DNA of 64,000 nucleotides from Mobula hypostoma (lineage: Eukaryota). Made by a program: the position numbers and the translations under genes. The stretch covers positions 52,578,001-52,642,000 of the forward strand of contig NC_086097.1 of assembly GCF_963921235.1 (NCBI RefSeq), read 5' to 3'. Below, piece by piece: positions 1 to 12,534 of this stretch. The notes beneath the pieces are model-generated. The model was not told the origin of the DNA. It saw nothing but the letters and a program-made list of their open reading frames with translations, and did no database searches. Position 1 is the first letter of the stretch; each line of letters begins with the position of its first letter.

Positions 1-13
1 GTTGTTTTTAGTT

Positions 14-213
14 AGACAGCTGCATTGTCAGACTTCAGAAGAAGGCTCCCGAGTTCGAATCCAGCTAGCTCCCTTGAACGCTTTTCATCCGCGTTGGGTT
101 GAGTGTCAAGCTAGCAATTTGGCCTCTTAAAAATAAGAAAGCCTGCTAAAAAAACACCGTCATGACGGCATCCCAATGACTCCACTCGGAGCTAAGGGCT
201 TTCTTCTTCTTCT
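14..213 (+). mobile_element. tRNA-derived SINE, probably 5'-incomplete
   Basis: Pol III B-box-like GAGTTCGAATCC at ~51-62; head resembles the SINE at 3534; ends in a (CTT)n tail. Confidence 0.55.
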
Positions 214-214
214 T

Positions 215-928
215 AATATGACACACTAAATCATCACTGGAGAGGCCAGTTGGTTTTAGAAGTTACATAATTAATTAAATGGAGATCAGCGTATGCAGTC
301 AAGGTGTTTCAATTGATTGTAGTAAAAATACACCTGTATCTGTAAAGTCCAACTGCAGGTGAGTCAGTATGCTGGCAAAAACTACACTCTGAAGACAAAG
401 GAACACTCTAAGCAACTCTGCAAAAAATTTATTGAAAAACACAAGTCAGGAGATGGATACAAGAACATCTCCAAATTACTGAATATCCCTTGGAGTACAG
501 TTAAATCATTCATCAAAAAATAAAAAGAATATGGCACAGTTGTAAATCTGCCTAGAGCAGGCCATCCTCAAAAACTGAGTGACCGTGCAAGAAAGGGACT
601 AGTAAGGAAGGCCACCAAGAGACCTATGACAACTCTGGAGGAGTTACAAGCTCTGGTGACTGAAATGGGAGAGACTGAGCATATAACAACTATTGCCTGG
701 GTGCTTCACCAATCGCAACTTTATGGGAGAGTGGCAATGAGAAAGCCACTGTTGAAAAAATCCCACATGAGATCTTGGTTAGAGTTTGCTAGAAGGCATG
801 TGGATTCTGATGTCAGATGAAAGATGGTTCTATGGTCTGATTAAACCAAAATTGAGCTTTTTGGCCATCAGAATAAACGCTATTTTTGGCATAAGCCAAA
901 CACCACACATCATCAAAAATTCACCATC
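215..928 (+). mobile_element. Tc1-family transposon relic (transposase N-terminal half), truncated by an L1
   Basis: From ~390 the degenerate frame reads KTKEHS..KHKSGDGYKNISKLLNIPWSTVKS..NLPRAGHPQKLSDRARK..KRPMTTLEELQ, typical of the Tc1 paired/HTH domain; stops and frameshifts present. Confidence 0.85.
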
Positions 929-1070
929 CGAGGAGTCACGTGACGCAATGAAAGAGATGGCCACTTAGAACAGTGCTCCGCACCGGTGGTATATAATTAT
1001 GCTTTAAAAATTTGCTTTCACAGTCTATTTTATCACTGTTGCAGCTCTAAAGTGTTACCCTCCATGTAAG

Positions 1071-1915
1071 ATGCCAAAACAACTTAAAACAAAGGCTTCC
1101 GGAGATATTAGGAGGCATTTGAGGTTGCAGTGCTCTGGGCAGACGGCCTCTGATCAAAATGACGGAGGACCATTGTCTGAGGGAGACCAACATGAGGTGA
1201 GTCATGACTTGGCTGAATATATGTGGCTTTGAAAAAGATCTCGGATGACCTGGTAGGCCTTGAAGATATATGCCAATCTATATCATTAGTGGAGTCAAAG
1301 CTGTCATCACTGATAACCAGGCTTGCAGATGTCGAGAAGCGGGTTGACTATCTAGAAGCGGTGGATAAGGAACGAGGAGTCAACCCATTGGCTACCAAAG
1401 CGCATATTGACCAGCTAACAGATAAACTGGAGGACATGGAGAACCATAATCAGCGCAACAATTTCCGATTCATCGGCGTTCCAGAGGGAAAAGAGGGGCA
1501 GGATATCATCGCGTTCATGGATAAACTAGTTGTGGAGCTTGTCGGCGATCGGGAGAATAAGCTTGAAATAGAACGCGCACACAGAGCACTGGGCCCTAGA
1601 CCCAGTATCAGAGATAGGCCTCGGCCTGTCCTCGCAAGGTTCCTCAGGTCAAAGGATCGAGATTTTGTGCTGCAAGCGGCAAGGGTCAAGGGCAAGTTTT
1701 CCTGGGACAACAATCATGTTATGATCTTCCTGGACTTCTCCAGACCCATGCAAGTAAAATGAGGAAAGTTTAAAGAATGTAAGAAGGTGCTTTGGGGGTG
1801 GAATGTGAGCTTTGCGCTGCTTTACCCAGCCAAGCTAAGAATAGAGGCTAAGGACGGTTTCAAGTTTTTTGAGTGCCCATGTAAAGCAAGAAAATTTATT
1901 GAGGAGATGGGGGGT
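1071..1915 (+). pseudogene. L1 ORF1p (RNA-binding/chaperone), disrupted
   Basis: ATG at 1071; ORF-track fragments 1223-1762 and 1787-1981 carry L1 ORF1 RRM/CTD motifs. Confidence 0.8.
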
Positions 1916-3533
1916 TTAACTACGCTAGTTAAATTCAGCAAGATGTGGGTCAGGTTGTGTTTGTTATTTTTTAAAATCTGATGGGATGTGGTATTTCTAC
2001 AGGAAACACAATTATCAGCAGAGGAATCAGTAAAGCTACTGGGGGGGGGTTTCAGATCATGTTTTTTACAGTGCAGGGTCAACTATGAGCAGGGGTGTTA
2101 TAACACTTATCAATAGGCAGCTGCAGTTTAGATGTGAGAAACAGATCTAAGATGAAGCAGGGAGGATTCTTATTATTTTGGCAGAGGTACACAAGCAAAT
2201 ATTATTTTAGCAAACATATGTGCACCTAATACAGAAGATGCAGGATTTTTTATAGATCTTGAAGGAAAGTTACATTCTATTGGAACTTATGATATCATAC
2301 TTGGGGGAGATTTTAATTTAGTAATGGTTCCAAACATCAACCGTAGTAAGGTGTTGTCATATAGAACCTCAAAATTCACTGTGATGGTGCAAAAAATGTG
2401 TAAAGCCCTTGGGCTTGTGGATGTTTGGCACCTTATGGATCAACCTCCAACTCGAGTGAGGAAGAAATTGATAGCTTTCTGAGGCCGTTAGGGTTACCTA
2501 AGTTGACGAAAGAACAACAACAATACCTTGATTCCACTATAACATTGGAATAAATTATATCAGTGATTAAGACCTTACCTACTGGGAAAGCTCCTGGCCC
2601 AGATGGATTTACAGCAGAATTTTTTAAATGCTATGCGGAGGAGCTAGCACCACTACTGCTGAATGTGTACAATGAGTCTATAGAGCGGGGTAATTTACCC
2701 CCTACTTTATCACAAGCGCTAATTACATTGATTCTGAAAGAGGGTAAAGACCTCTGTGAATGTGAGAATTATAGTCAATTTCCCTAATCCCAACAGATGT
2801 GAAAATTTTATCAAAGATCCTTGCAAACCGTTTAGACACAGTAATTACACGGTTGATACATATCAGGGATTTATCAGGGGCCGCGGCTCATCTGATAACA
2901 TAAGGCGTCTTGTGAATATTATGTGGTCGGTGGCCGATAATCAGTCACCTATAGCAGCTATCTCACTTGATGCTGGAAAAGCATTTGATCGAGTGGAATG
3001 GGGCTATCTATTTAAGATTCTTCAATTTTTTTTGGATTTGGACCCATCTTTTTAAAATGGATTAGACAGTTATATAATAACCCTGAAGCAGCAGTTCAAA
3101 CTAGTGGTTACATTTCACCTTACTTCTCTCTCAGAAGGGGTAGCCGACAGGGTTCCCCACTTTCCCCAATTTTGTTCTGTCTCTCTCTGGAGCCCCTGGC
3201 TGCAGCTATCAGAGAATGAGAACTTTATAGGGATATCTGTGGGAGGCTCATAAACTAATGCTTTATGCGGATGATATTTTAATATTTGTGTCAGACCCTA
3301 GTCGATCGGTGCCATGTCTTTTTAACATTATAAAGTTTTACTCTAGATTCTCAGGTTATAAGGTTAACTGGACAAAATCGGAAGCACTACCATTGACTGC
3401 ATATTCCCCTGCATCTGCTTTTTACCCAGGCCAATTTCACTGGCCAAAGAAGGGTATATGATATTTAGGTATTAATTTTCTCCCTCAACTGAAGGACTTA
3501 ATAAAGGTAAATTTTGATCCATTATTGCAGAGA

Positions 3534-3784
3534 CCCAGCTGGTGGTGTAGTGGCATCAGTGTCAGACTTCAGGTCCCGAGTTCAAATCCAGCCGGCTCCC
3601 CTGCATGCATTCCATCCATACTGGGTTATGAGCTGGTGATCTCTTTGGAAACTCACCTGGCAGAAGGCAATGGCAAACCACTACTGTAACGTGCCTCGTA
3701 CACGGTTCCCCACTATGTCAGAGAGGCGTGGAGGGAAATCGTCCGCTAACCGGAGAAACTGCGGATGCGACGTGCCTTTCCTTC
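3534..3784 (+). mobile_element. tRNA-derived SINE with an RTE-like segment, inserted in L1 ORF2
   Basis: A-box TGGTGTAGTGG, B-box GAGTTCAAATCC, internal GAAGGCAATGGCAAACCACT; 10-bp TSD ATTGCAGAGA at 3524-3533 and 3785-3794. Confidence 0.85.
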
Positions 3785-5314
3785 ATTGCAGAGAATTTCA
3801 TGTGATGTAGACAGATGGTCATCATTGTATCTGTCAATGTTGGGAAAAGTAAATGCTTCCAAAAGTTAATTATCTGTTCCAGTTGTTACCAGTTCAAATC
3901 CCATTAACATATGTTAAGCAATTTGATAAAATAATTAAGTCTTTTATTTGGAATGGTAAACGCCCATGCTTAAACTTTAACAGATTACAATTGCCAGTTG
4001 AAAGGGTAGGTGGGGGCTTAGGTTTGCCAAAGTTAATATACTATTACTATGCCTTTACTCTTAAGCATTTAGCACATTGATCCCTCCCTCCGGAGAGAGC
4101 GCCTCCTTGGTATAGTATTGAGTGTTCTGCTCTTCCTCCCATCCCTCCATTACAATGTTTGTCCATCAAGTTACCTCCTGAGGCAAGGTCTCACCCAATC
4201 ATATCGCATATGCATTTGTTCTGGAATAAACTAGCCAGATTATTTAAACTTAATCCATTTTTGAATGAAGCCTCAAGTATCTGGATGAATCCAAAGTTGT
4301 GTATTGATAAGTCCCCTTTCTTCTGGAGGGAATGGCAAGGGAAAGGTATAATTAAATTGAGAGATCTTTGTAATGGTGATAGTTTAAAATCTTTTAATCA
4401 ATTAACCCAACAGTACGACATCTCTAGGTCACAATTTTGGAGATATCTTCAACTGCGTTATTTGCTACATACAGCTTTTGGTTCTACACAGCAACCTCCA
4501 CAAGTTGCTACGATACCGTCTACTGTATTGGCTGTATATGGTCAAAGTCACGAAGCCTCAACTTATAATTCAGCTTTAACACAAATCTCCGGGGACAAAT
4601 TTCTGTTTGGTTTTAAAAAAGCATGGGAAAAAGACTTGAGTGTGACTTTTGAGACAAGGGAGTGGGACAAAATTTGCAAAAATGTCAAAACAATGTCAAG
4701 AGACCTGAGGGTGCGCCTTATTCAGTTTAAGATTCTACATCGCTTTTATTGGACTCCAGCATGGTTACATAGATTAGGGTTGAAAAGTATCCCTGAATGC
4801 TGGTGCTCTGAGGCGGATAAAGGGGACTTAGTGCATGCTCTCTGGTCCTGTCTCAGAATTCAAGAATTTTGGATTATGATACGTAAGTATATTGGTGAAG
4901 TTTCAGGTATTTCCTTTCTGTCCTAGACTTTTTGTCTTGGGGGACACACTTGGGTTACTTGGGGATAAACACTCTCAAAATTGGATCCAGATAAGTGTAA
5001 TAGTAGGAAGACAAATTATACTTAGAGGATGGAGGGACTTGGGGGGACCATCATTTCAGGAGTGGGCCACAGAAATAGCCAAAGAATGCATGTCTTACAA
5101 ACAGTTTGATAGATTGGACATCTATACACAAAAAGGGGGCAAATATTTAGGTTTCCTGGGGGGAAATAGTGGTGAATGTGTGATGAAACATATTGCTGAG
5201 TGGCAGCCTTTTATGTTACTAGAGGTCTAAATAGACACACATGGTTATTAAGCAACATACATCAAAGTTGCTGGTGAACGCAGCAGGCCAAGCAGCATCT
5301 ATAGGAAGAGGCGC

Positions 5315-5350
5315 AGTCGACGTTTCAGGCCGAGACCCTTCGTCAGGACT
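5315..5350 (-). ncRNA. Minimal type I hammerhead ribozyme
   Basis: Minus strand reads AGUC-CUGACGA-AGG(GUCUCGG)CCU-GAAAC-GUC-GACU: intact CUGANGA/GAAA core, helix I AGUC/GACU, palindromic ACGU helix III. Confidence 0.85.
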
Positions 5351-5648
5351 AACTGAAGGAAGAGTGAGTAAGGGATTTGAAAGCTGGAGGGGGAGGGGGA
5401 GATGCAAAATGATAGGAGAAGACAGGAGGGGGAGGGATAGAGCCGAGAGCTGGACAGGTGATAGGCAAAAGGGGATACGAGAGGATCATGGGACAGGAGG
5501 TCCGGGAAGAAAGACGGGGGGGGGAGGGGGTGACCCAGAGGATGGGCAAGAGGTATATTCAGAGGGACAGAGGGAGAAAAAGGAGAGTGAGAGAAAGAAT
5601 GTGTGCATAAAAATGAGTCACAGCTGGGGTACGAGGGGGAGGTGGGGC

Positions 5649-6633
5649 CTAGCGGAAGTTAGAGAAGTCAATGTTCATGCCATCAGGTTGGAGGCTACCC
5701 AGACGGAATATAAGGTGTTGTTCCTCCAACCTGAGTGTGGCTTCATCTTTACAGTAGAGGAGGCCGTGGATAGACATGTCAGAATGGGAATGGGATGTGG
5801 AATTAAAATGTGTGGCCACTGGGAGATCCTGCTTTCTCTGGCGGACAGAGCGTAGATGTTCAGCAAAGCGGTCTCCCAGTCTGCGTCGGGTCTCACCAAT
5901 ATATAAAAGGCCACATCGGGAGCACCGGACGCAGTATATCACCCCAGTCGACTCACAGGTGAAGTGATGCCTCACCTGGAAGGACTGTTTGGGGCCCTGA
6001 ATGGTGGTAAGGGAGGAAGTGTAAGGGCATGTGTAGCACTTGTTCCGCTTACACGGATAAGTGCCAGGAGGGAGATCAGTGGGGAGGGATGGGGGGGACG
6101 AATGGACAAGGGAGTTGTGTAGGGAGCGATCCCTGCGGAATGCAGAGAGAGGGGGGGAGGGAAAGATGTGCTTAGTGGTGGGATCCCGTTGGAGGTGGCG
6201 GAAGTTACGGAGAATAATATGTTGGACCCGGAGGCTGGTGGGGTGGTAGGTGAGGACCAGGGGAACCCTATTCCTAGTGGGGTGGTGGGAGGATGGAGTG
6301 AGAGCAGATGTACGTGAAATGGGGGAGATGCGTTTAAGAGCAGAGTTGATAGTGGAGGAAGGGAAGCCCCTTTCTTTAAAAAATGAAGACAGCTCCCTCG
6401 TCCTAGAATGAAAAGCCTCATCCTGAGAGCAGATGCGGCGGAGACAGAGGAATTGCGAGAAGGGGATGGCGTTTTTGCAAGAGACAGGGTGAGAAGAGGA
6501 ATAGTCCAGATAGCTGTGAGAGTCAGTAGGCTTATAGTAGACATCAGTGGATAAGCTGTCTCCAGAGACAGAGACAGAAAGATCTAGAAAGGGGAGGGAG
6601 GTGTCGGAAATGGACCAGGTAAACTTGAGGGCA
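5649..6633 (-). pseudogene. 5'-truncated PLE ORF: RT thumb, Cys-rich linker and GIY-YIG endonuclease
   Basis: Open frame with LPFLDL, YYKPTDSHSYL, CKRNKCYTC and VIYCVRCSRCGLLYIGET; lacks the RT catalytic core. Confidence 0.9.
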
Positions 6634-7161
6634 TGGGAGACCGCTTTGCTGAACATCTACGCTCTGTCCGCCAGAGAAAGCAGGATCTCCCAGTGGCCAC
6701 ACATTTTAATTCCACATCCCATTCCCATTCTGACATGTCTATCCACGGCCTCCTCTACTGTAAAGATGAAGCCACACTCAGGTTGGAGGAACAACACCTT
6801 ATATTCCGTCTGGGTAGCCTCCAACCTGATGGCATGAACATTGACTTCTCTAACTTCCGCTAGGCCCCACCTCCCCCTCGTACCCCAGCTGTGACTCATT
6901 TTTATGCACACATTCTTTCTCTCACTCTCCTTTTTCTCCCTCTGTCCCTCTGAATATACCTCTTGCCCATCCTCTGGGTCACCCCCTCCCCCCCCCGTCT
7001 TTCTTCCCGGACCCCCTGTCCCATTATCCTCTCGTATCCCCTTTTGCCTATCACCTGTCCAGCTCTCGGCTCTATCCCTCCCCCTCCTGTCTTCTCCTAT
7101 CATTTTGCATCTCCCCCTCCCCCTGCAGCTTTCAAATCCCTTACTCACTCTTCCTTCAGTT

Positions 7162-7197
7162 AGTCCTGACGAAGGGTCTCGGCCTGAAACGTCGACT
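7162..7197 (+). ncRNA. Minimal type I hammerhead ribozyme
   Basis: AGTCCTGACGAAGGGTCTCGGCCTGAAACGTCGACT; predicted cleavage after GUC (C7193). Confidence 0.85.
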
Positions 7198-7260
7198 GCA
7201 CCTCTTCCTATAGATGCTGCTTGGCCTGCTGCGTTCACCAGCAACTTTGATGTATGTTGC

Positions 7261-7700
7261 TATACTTTCCTTTCTTCTGCCTCCTTCCCTTCTTAAAGAG
7301 TGGAGTGACATTTTCAGTTTTCCAGTTCTCCAGAACCATTCAATAATCTAGTAATTCTTGAAAGGTCAGATCTACCTGCATACTGAACTCCACCATGATT
7401 ATTGCAACTTTGCCCTTTTTAACATACTTTTTCTCTCTCCCATTTAATTTGTAGTCCACATCCTGGCTACTGTTCACAGGCCTGTATACAACTCCCATCA
7501 AGGTCTTCTTACCTTTGCAGTTCATTAACTCTATCCCCAAGGATTCTATATCCTCTGTTACCTCTTTCTAAGGATCTGAGTTCATTTTCTACCAACAGAG
7601 CCTTGCTACCCCTTTGTCTACCTGCCTGTCCTTTCAATGCAATGTGTATCCGTGGATTTTAAGCTTACAACTATGATTTTCTTTCAGCCACAACTCAGAG
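7261..7700 (-). mobile_element. Degenerate CR1 LINE fragment (endonuclease and start of RT, internally deleted)
   Basis: Minus-strand ELMNCKGKKTLMGVVYRP and WKTENVTPLFKKG. Confidence 0.75.
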
Positions 7701-8099
7701 ATGCCAAAAATGTCATACCTGTGCTACAAGATCCATATACTTATTCCGTATACTGTGTGCTTTCAAATATAACACCTTCAGTCCTAAATTCATCATCCTT
7801 TCTGATTTTGGCCCCCTGTTACACTTTAACTCATCCTATTTACTGCAATTCTGCCCTATCACCATGCCTGTCCCTCACAGATTTATAGAGCTGCTGCCTG
7901 ACAAAAAGTTCAGTCTTGACCTTGAGTGCTCTCTATGTGAAATTTTCATGTTTTCTCTGCAACTGTATGGATTTCCTCCAGGTGTTCTGATTCCTCCAGT
8001 GTAAATTGTCCCCAGTATGTATGTGACTGATGGAATCTTGGAGGGCGGGGGTGTTTGAGAGAATGTGGAGAGTGAAAACTAAGATTGATGTAAAATAGT

Positions 8100-8430
8100 T
8101 TTTCTTCTTTTCCAAAGTAAGTGATTCAGAGAATACAGTATAACATTATTACAATATTACAGTCTTCCATGATTCACACTATTTACAGTTTTAAACCATA
8201 ATACAGTCATCTTTATCCAGAACGCACGAGCACCTATGGCACCCATTGGTCCCTGAACTCTCCCATTGTACCTGTGTATATTCCATCTTCTTTCTCCAAG
8301 GGTGCACAGGCATGGACACAACCCTAGAAAAGAGGCAGGCAATCAGCTCAGGCGGAACCCTCGACTGCCTACCACCTAGACCCATGAACGGCCACCTTGG
8401 CAAAGCCCAAGAACAAGCCAAGCAAGAGAG
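8100..8430 (-). mobile_element. 3' fragment of a Tx1-like LINE within an older SINE relic (~7870-8510)
   Basis: T-rich tail at ~8098-8112; minus strand resembles a Tx1 ORF2 C-terminus (LLGLFLGFAKVAVH..DCLPLF..EKE..FRDQW). Confidence 0.5.
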
Positions 8431-8589
8431 GGATATAATGTAGCATTAGTATAAAAAGGTGTTTGACAGTCAGCATGGACCTGGTATCTTGGTGTCACTC
8501 TATGACAATACTATAGCTTAATGTGCTGTGATTTATGGCTTATTATTCTGGTGTCTTAAGGTTTTCTTTTTTAAGATAAATAATATTGT

Positions 8590-9148
8590 GTACAAGGGCC
8601 AGAGTCCCCTCTACTTCCTGAGGAGACTGAGATCGTTCGGAGCATGCAGGCCTCTCCTTCACATGTTCTACCGGTCTGTTGTCCCCGGTACAATCTTCCA
8701 TGCGGTGGTGTGCCAGGGCAATGGCATCAACACGGGTGATGCCAACAGACTCAATGAACTGATTAGAAAGAGTGGCTCTGTTATAGGAGTCAAACTGGAC
8801 AACCCAGAAGCTGTAGTAGAACAAAGGACCTTCTGGAAAATCCTGGCAATTCTGGACAAGGTTTCTTACCCTCCTTGGTTGAAGAGAGGAACACTTTTAG
8901 TAATAGATTAAGAAAACTGCACTCTTCAAAGAGCACTATATGAGGTCATTCTTATCCTCAGTCATTAGGCTCTGTAATGAGGTGACCTATAGCCAGGGGA
9001 ATTGATGACCCCCTCCTGTTAGACTATTTGAGGTAACTTTTTAAAAATTCTTTCTTGCTTCTCTTCCGATATTTATATATCTGTGCACTTGTAATGCTAC
9101 TGTGACACTGTAATTTCCTTTGGGATCAATAAAGCATCTATCTATTTA
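8590..9148 (+). mobile_element. Rex1/Babar-like LINE 3' fragment
   Basis: KGQSPLYFLRRLRSFG..LLHMFYRSVV motif; 3' end TGTAATTTCCTTTGGGATCAATAAAG followed by (CTAT)n. Confidence 0.75.
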
Positions 9149-9310
9149 TTATGTAATATAGATTTCCAGACAAACTGATTTTTAGTTCCTTATGAAATCC
9201 AAATATTTTAAGCCATTGTGATTATATACCAAAATGCAAATCAGCTTCACATCAATTTATCCATATAAAAAACAATTTATCCATATAAGAAAAACAATTT
9301 ATCCATATTA

Positions 9311-9916
9311 TGAGGGGTGATTGATAAGTTCATGGCCTAAGGTAGAAGGAGTCAATTTTAGAAAACCTAGCACATTTATTTTTCCTACATTTACACACTT
9401 AGTCCAGCGGTCGTGGAGCATACAGATCCCTTCTTTGTAGAAGTTGGCATCTTGGACCTCCAGAAGTGGTCCACAGCATGGGGTGATTGATATGTTCGTG
9501 CACTAAGGTAGAAGGTAGATGAGTTATTAACTTCAAACTTTCTGCATAATCACTCAAAGAGTTGAACTGCACATGCATGTAGAGCTGTATAACTCATCTC
9601 CTTCAACCGAAGGCCACGAACTTATCAATCACCCCTGCTGTGGACCACCTGGAGATCCAAGACGCTCTCATTACATGCATGTGCAGTTCAACTCTTTGAG
9701 TGATTATGCAAAAAGTTTGAAGTTAATAACTCATCAGTTAATAACGCATCAGGGGTGATGGATAAGTTTGTGGCCTAAGGTGGAAGGAGATGAGTTATTA
9801 ACTTCAAACTTACTAAGTGTGTAAATGTAGGAGGGGACTATGTTGAAAAATATGTGCTAGGTTTTCTAAAATTGACTCCTTCTACCTTAGGCCACAAACT
9901 TATCAATCACCCCTCA
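9311..9916. mobile_element. Mariner-derived palindromic MITE with internal TIR copies
   Basis: ~70-bp terminal inverted repeats (TIRs) starting TGAGGGGTGATTGATAAGTT..CCTAAGGTAGAAGGAGTCAATTTTAGAAAACCTAGCAC; TA on the left flank and TA 2 nt beyond the right end; non-coding. Confidence 0.85.
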
Positions 9917-9924
9917 CATATGAG

Positions 9925-11750
9925 TCAAGGAGCAAGAAATCAACAGATTGGAATGGATAAGACATGTATTTAATTAAAACATCATTGACTATATTGCGAA
10001 ACCACTGACTCATATTTGTAATCAGTCTTTGATTGCTGGAAAATTTCCCAACAGAATGACAATTTCCCGAGGTCATTCTAACATACAAAGCTCGAGATAA
10101 ACATGCATTTTCAAATTATAGACCGGTTTCTTTGCTCTCACAGTTTTCCAAAATATTGGAAAAAATATTTGTAAGAAGGTTAAGTAATTTCATAACAAAA
10201 CGTAATTTGCTCTGTGAACAGCAATATGGTTTCAGAAATAACAGAACCACTACAATAGCATTAATAGATTTTGTAGAAGAAATATTAAATGCTATAGAAA
10301 GAAATGAATACACAGTGGGAATATTCCTTGATCTAAAAAAAGCATTTGACACCATTGACCATAAATTATTATTAACAAAATTAGAAAGATATGGTATTAG
10401 AGGGGTGGCACATGACTGGTTAAGTAGTTGTTTGGAAGACAGGTGTCAGTATGTACATATAAACAACTTGAATTCAAAACTTTTGAGAGTAACTTGTGGG
10501 GTTCCACAAGGTTCAGTGCTTGGTCCATTGCTGTTCATTTTGTATATAAACGATGTATGTATAGTCTTTCAGACATTAAAATGTATATTATTTGCTGATG
10601 ATAAAACTATATTTTGTAGTGGGGAACATCTGAAACAACTTTTGGATACAGTGGAGAAAGAACTAAAAATTATAAAGAAATGGTTTGATACTAACAAATT
10701 ATCATTGAATCTAAGTAAAACTAAATTCATAATATTTGGAAACCTGGTGCCAAACTCATGTAGTAAACTTAGAATAAGTGATGTTGAAATTGATAAGGTA
10801 TCTGAAACAAAATTTTTAGGGGTGATAGATAATAATAAATAATAATAATAATAAATAGATAATAAATTAAGCTGGAAACCATGTATAAATTATGTCAAAG
10901 CAAAAATGTCAAAATCTATTGCAATACTGTACAAAGCGCAAGATTTCTTAAATCAGGAATCTTTGTATACATTATACTGTTCACTTATAGTCCCATACAT
11001 GACTTACTGTGTAGAGGTATGGGGAAATACATACAAAACAAATACACACTCAATTTTTCTACTCCAAAAGAAAGTCATACAAATTGTAAATAAGACAAGT
11101 TATTATGAGCCAACCAATCCACTATTTATTCAAGTAAACACTTTAAAATTCAAAGATTTCGTAGATTTTAAAATACTACAAATTATGTATAAAGTAAAAA
11201 ATGGACAGCTACCACAAAGTATCCAAAGGTTGTTTAAAATGAGAGAAAGTCAACATGATTTGAGAGGAACATGTATATTTCAAAACAAAGGATAAGAACA
11301 AATGCGAAAAATCATTGTATTTCAGTCAGAGGGGTGAATCTATGGAATAGTTGTAGTGAGAATTTAAAAACATGCACCACACTTAACAGGTTTAAAAAGT
11401 TATTTTAAAATAATTTAATGAACAAATACAAAATACATTATTTAAAATGAATGGGAGTAATGTAAATAAATGATACTTGGAAATGGATTTTGTGTTAAAA
11501 GATTATGAAATTTTTTGTTTTGATGTGATGATCGACACCAAATATGTTGTTGTATAAAAAAGAGGGGTAAGTGTAATAAGCTGTATCTTCAGCCTACACC
11601 CTTTCGGTCTGTTTTAAAGAATATCTATGTTTTTTTTTGTTGTAATTTTGTCCTATGAAATCATCGTTATGAAATCGTCTTTGAAAATTATACTTTTTGT
11701 TATGTTTGTACTGACCGAAATAAATTTCATTCATTCATTTATTCATTCAC
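9925..11750 (+). mobile_element. 5'-truncated L2-group (Crack/Daphne-like) LINE
   Basis: NYRPVSLLSQFSKILEK, QYGFR, FLDLKKAFDT, GVPQGSVLGPLLF, LFADD; an (AAT)n expansion at ~10828-10866 breaks the frame; (CATT)n tail at ~11728-11748. Confidence 0.85.
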
Positions 11751-12534
11751 TAAATTTTGAAATTGACCAGTTCACTCTTAGCTGTTGTGCATCAGACTGG
11801 CACCAAGATACAGAATGACTCTGGGACAGTATTGATACCAAAGAATACAGGCAATTTTTGAAGTGCTGTTTTTTTTTAATGTGTTTCAAATGGAATATAT
11901 GGCCTTCTACAAACTGAAGTCTTCAGAAATTAAGTTTTTTAAAGGAAGTTATGTATAGCTATTTGTTATGGTCAAGGATTATAAAATTGCCAGCAGTATA
12001 GATCTAACTTTGGCATTTTATACTAGACAGATTCTAAAAGATATTGGCTTGTTATTAGTTTGTCATACAGAGAATGATAAAACCAACACAAGGAAAAGTT
12101 TAGATTTTCATTAAAAGTTTCTGTGTAATTTTCACCCAAGGATTTCCACCTAACTAGTTGACTATACAGTAAGTAATTTCCTTACTGGTTTCCTAATCCA
12201 CTTAACTAATTTATTTCAAATCCAGAGTGAAAACAGATATAACCAATGCTCTCATGCTTCTTTTGAACTCCTTTCCATTACAGACTCAGAGAATTTTCAT
12301 TTATTATGCCTTTAAGAAGCATATGAGCCCTTAAATAAAATTCAGACCTTCTAATATTTAAATGGAAATAGTAGCTCCACATAGAAATGAAAAGTGTAAA
12401 ATAGATTCACTACTTATGCTTGCTTCTGGATAAAAGGAAAACCAGGAATTGCAAGTTCATTTACATAAAGTTTGAACACTGCCAACTTTGTCTAAATGAC
12501 GATCAGTTTTAAATTGGAAAATGATTTTACTGAA

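Larger units (their letters stand above)
930..5250 (+). mobile_element. Near full-length degenerate L1-clade LINE (ORF1 plus fragmented ORF2)
   Basis: ORF1 fragments with coiled coil, NQRNNFRFIGVPEG, IERAHR and LLYPAKL; ORF2 fragments with GKAPGPDGF, SLDAGKAFDRVEW, LYADD and a C-terminal C-x-C/HALWSC motif; large deletion near 2435 and many frameshifts. Confidence 0.9.
5251..7260. mobile_element. Penelope-like element (Neptune type), tail-out inverted dimer #1: left arm 5251-6633 (-), right arm 6634-7260 (+)
   Basis: Termini GCAACATACATCAAAG and CTTTGATGTATGTTGC are reverse complements; both arms encode the same GIY-YIG C-terminus ending MNIDFSNFR; junction GAGGGCA|TGGGAGACC. Confidence 0.95.

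Noticed and set aside
5241..5855. 204-aa ORF and its equivalents (6657-7244, 26064-26650, 28871-29489), plus the 190-aa alternative-frame ORFs
   Set aside because: Antisense or shifted frames of the purine/pyrimidine-skewed PLE 3' region; repeated only because the element is repeated, with no domain signal.
5251..7260. Reading the long inverted repeats as TIRs of a DNA transposon or DIRS element
   Set aside because: The arms include coding sequence, are unequal in length and encode RT/GIY-YIG; there is no DDE transposase or tyrosine recombinase, and TSD lengths vary.
9254..9308. Three copies of CAATTTATCCATAT that could look like a CRISPR array
   Set aside because: Only short A-rich linkers, eukaryotic context and no cas genes; a simple tandem duplication.
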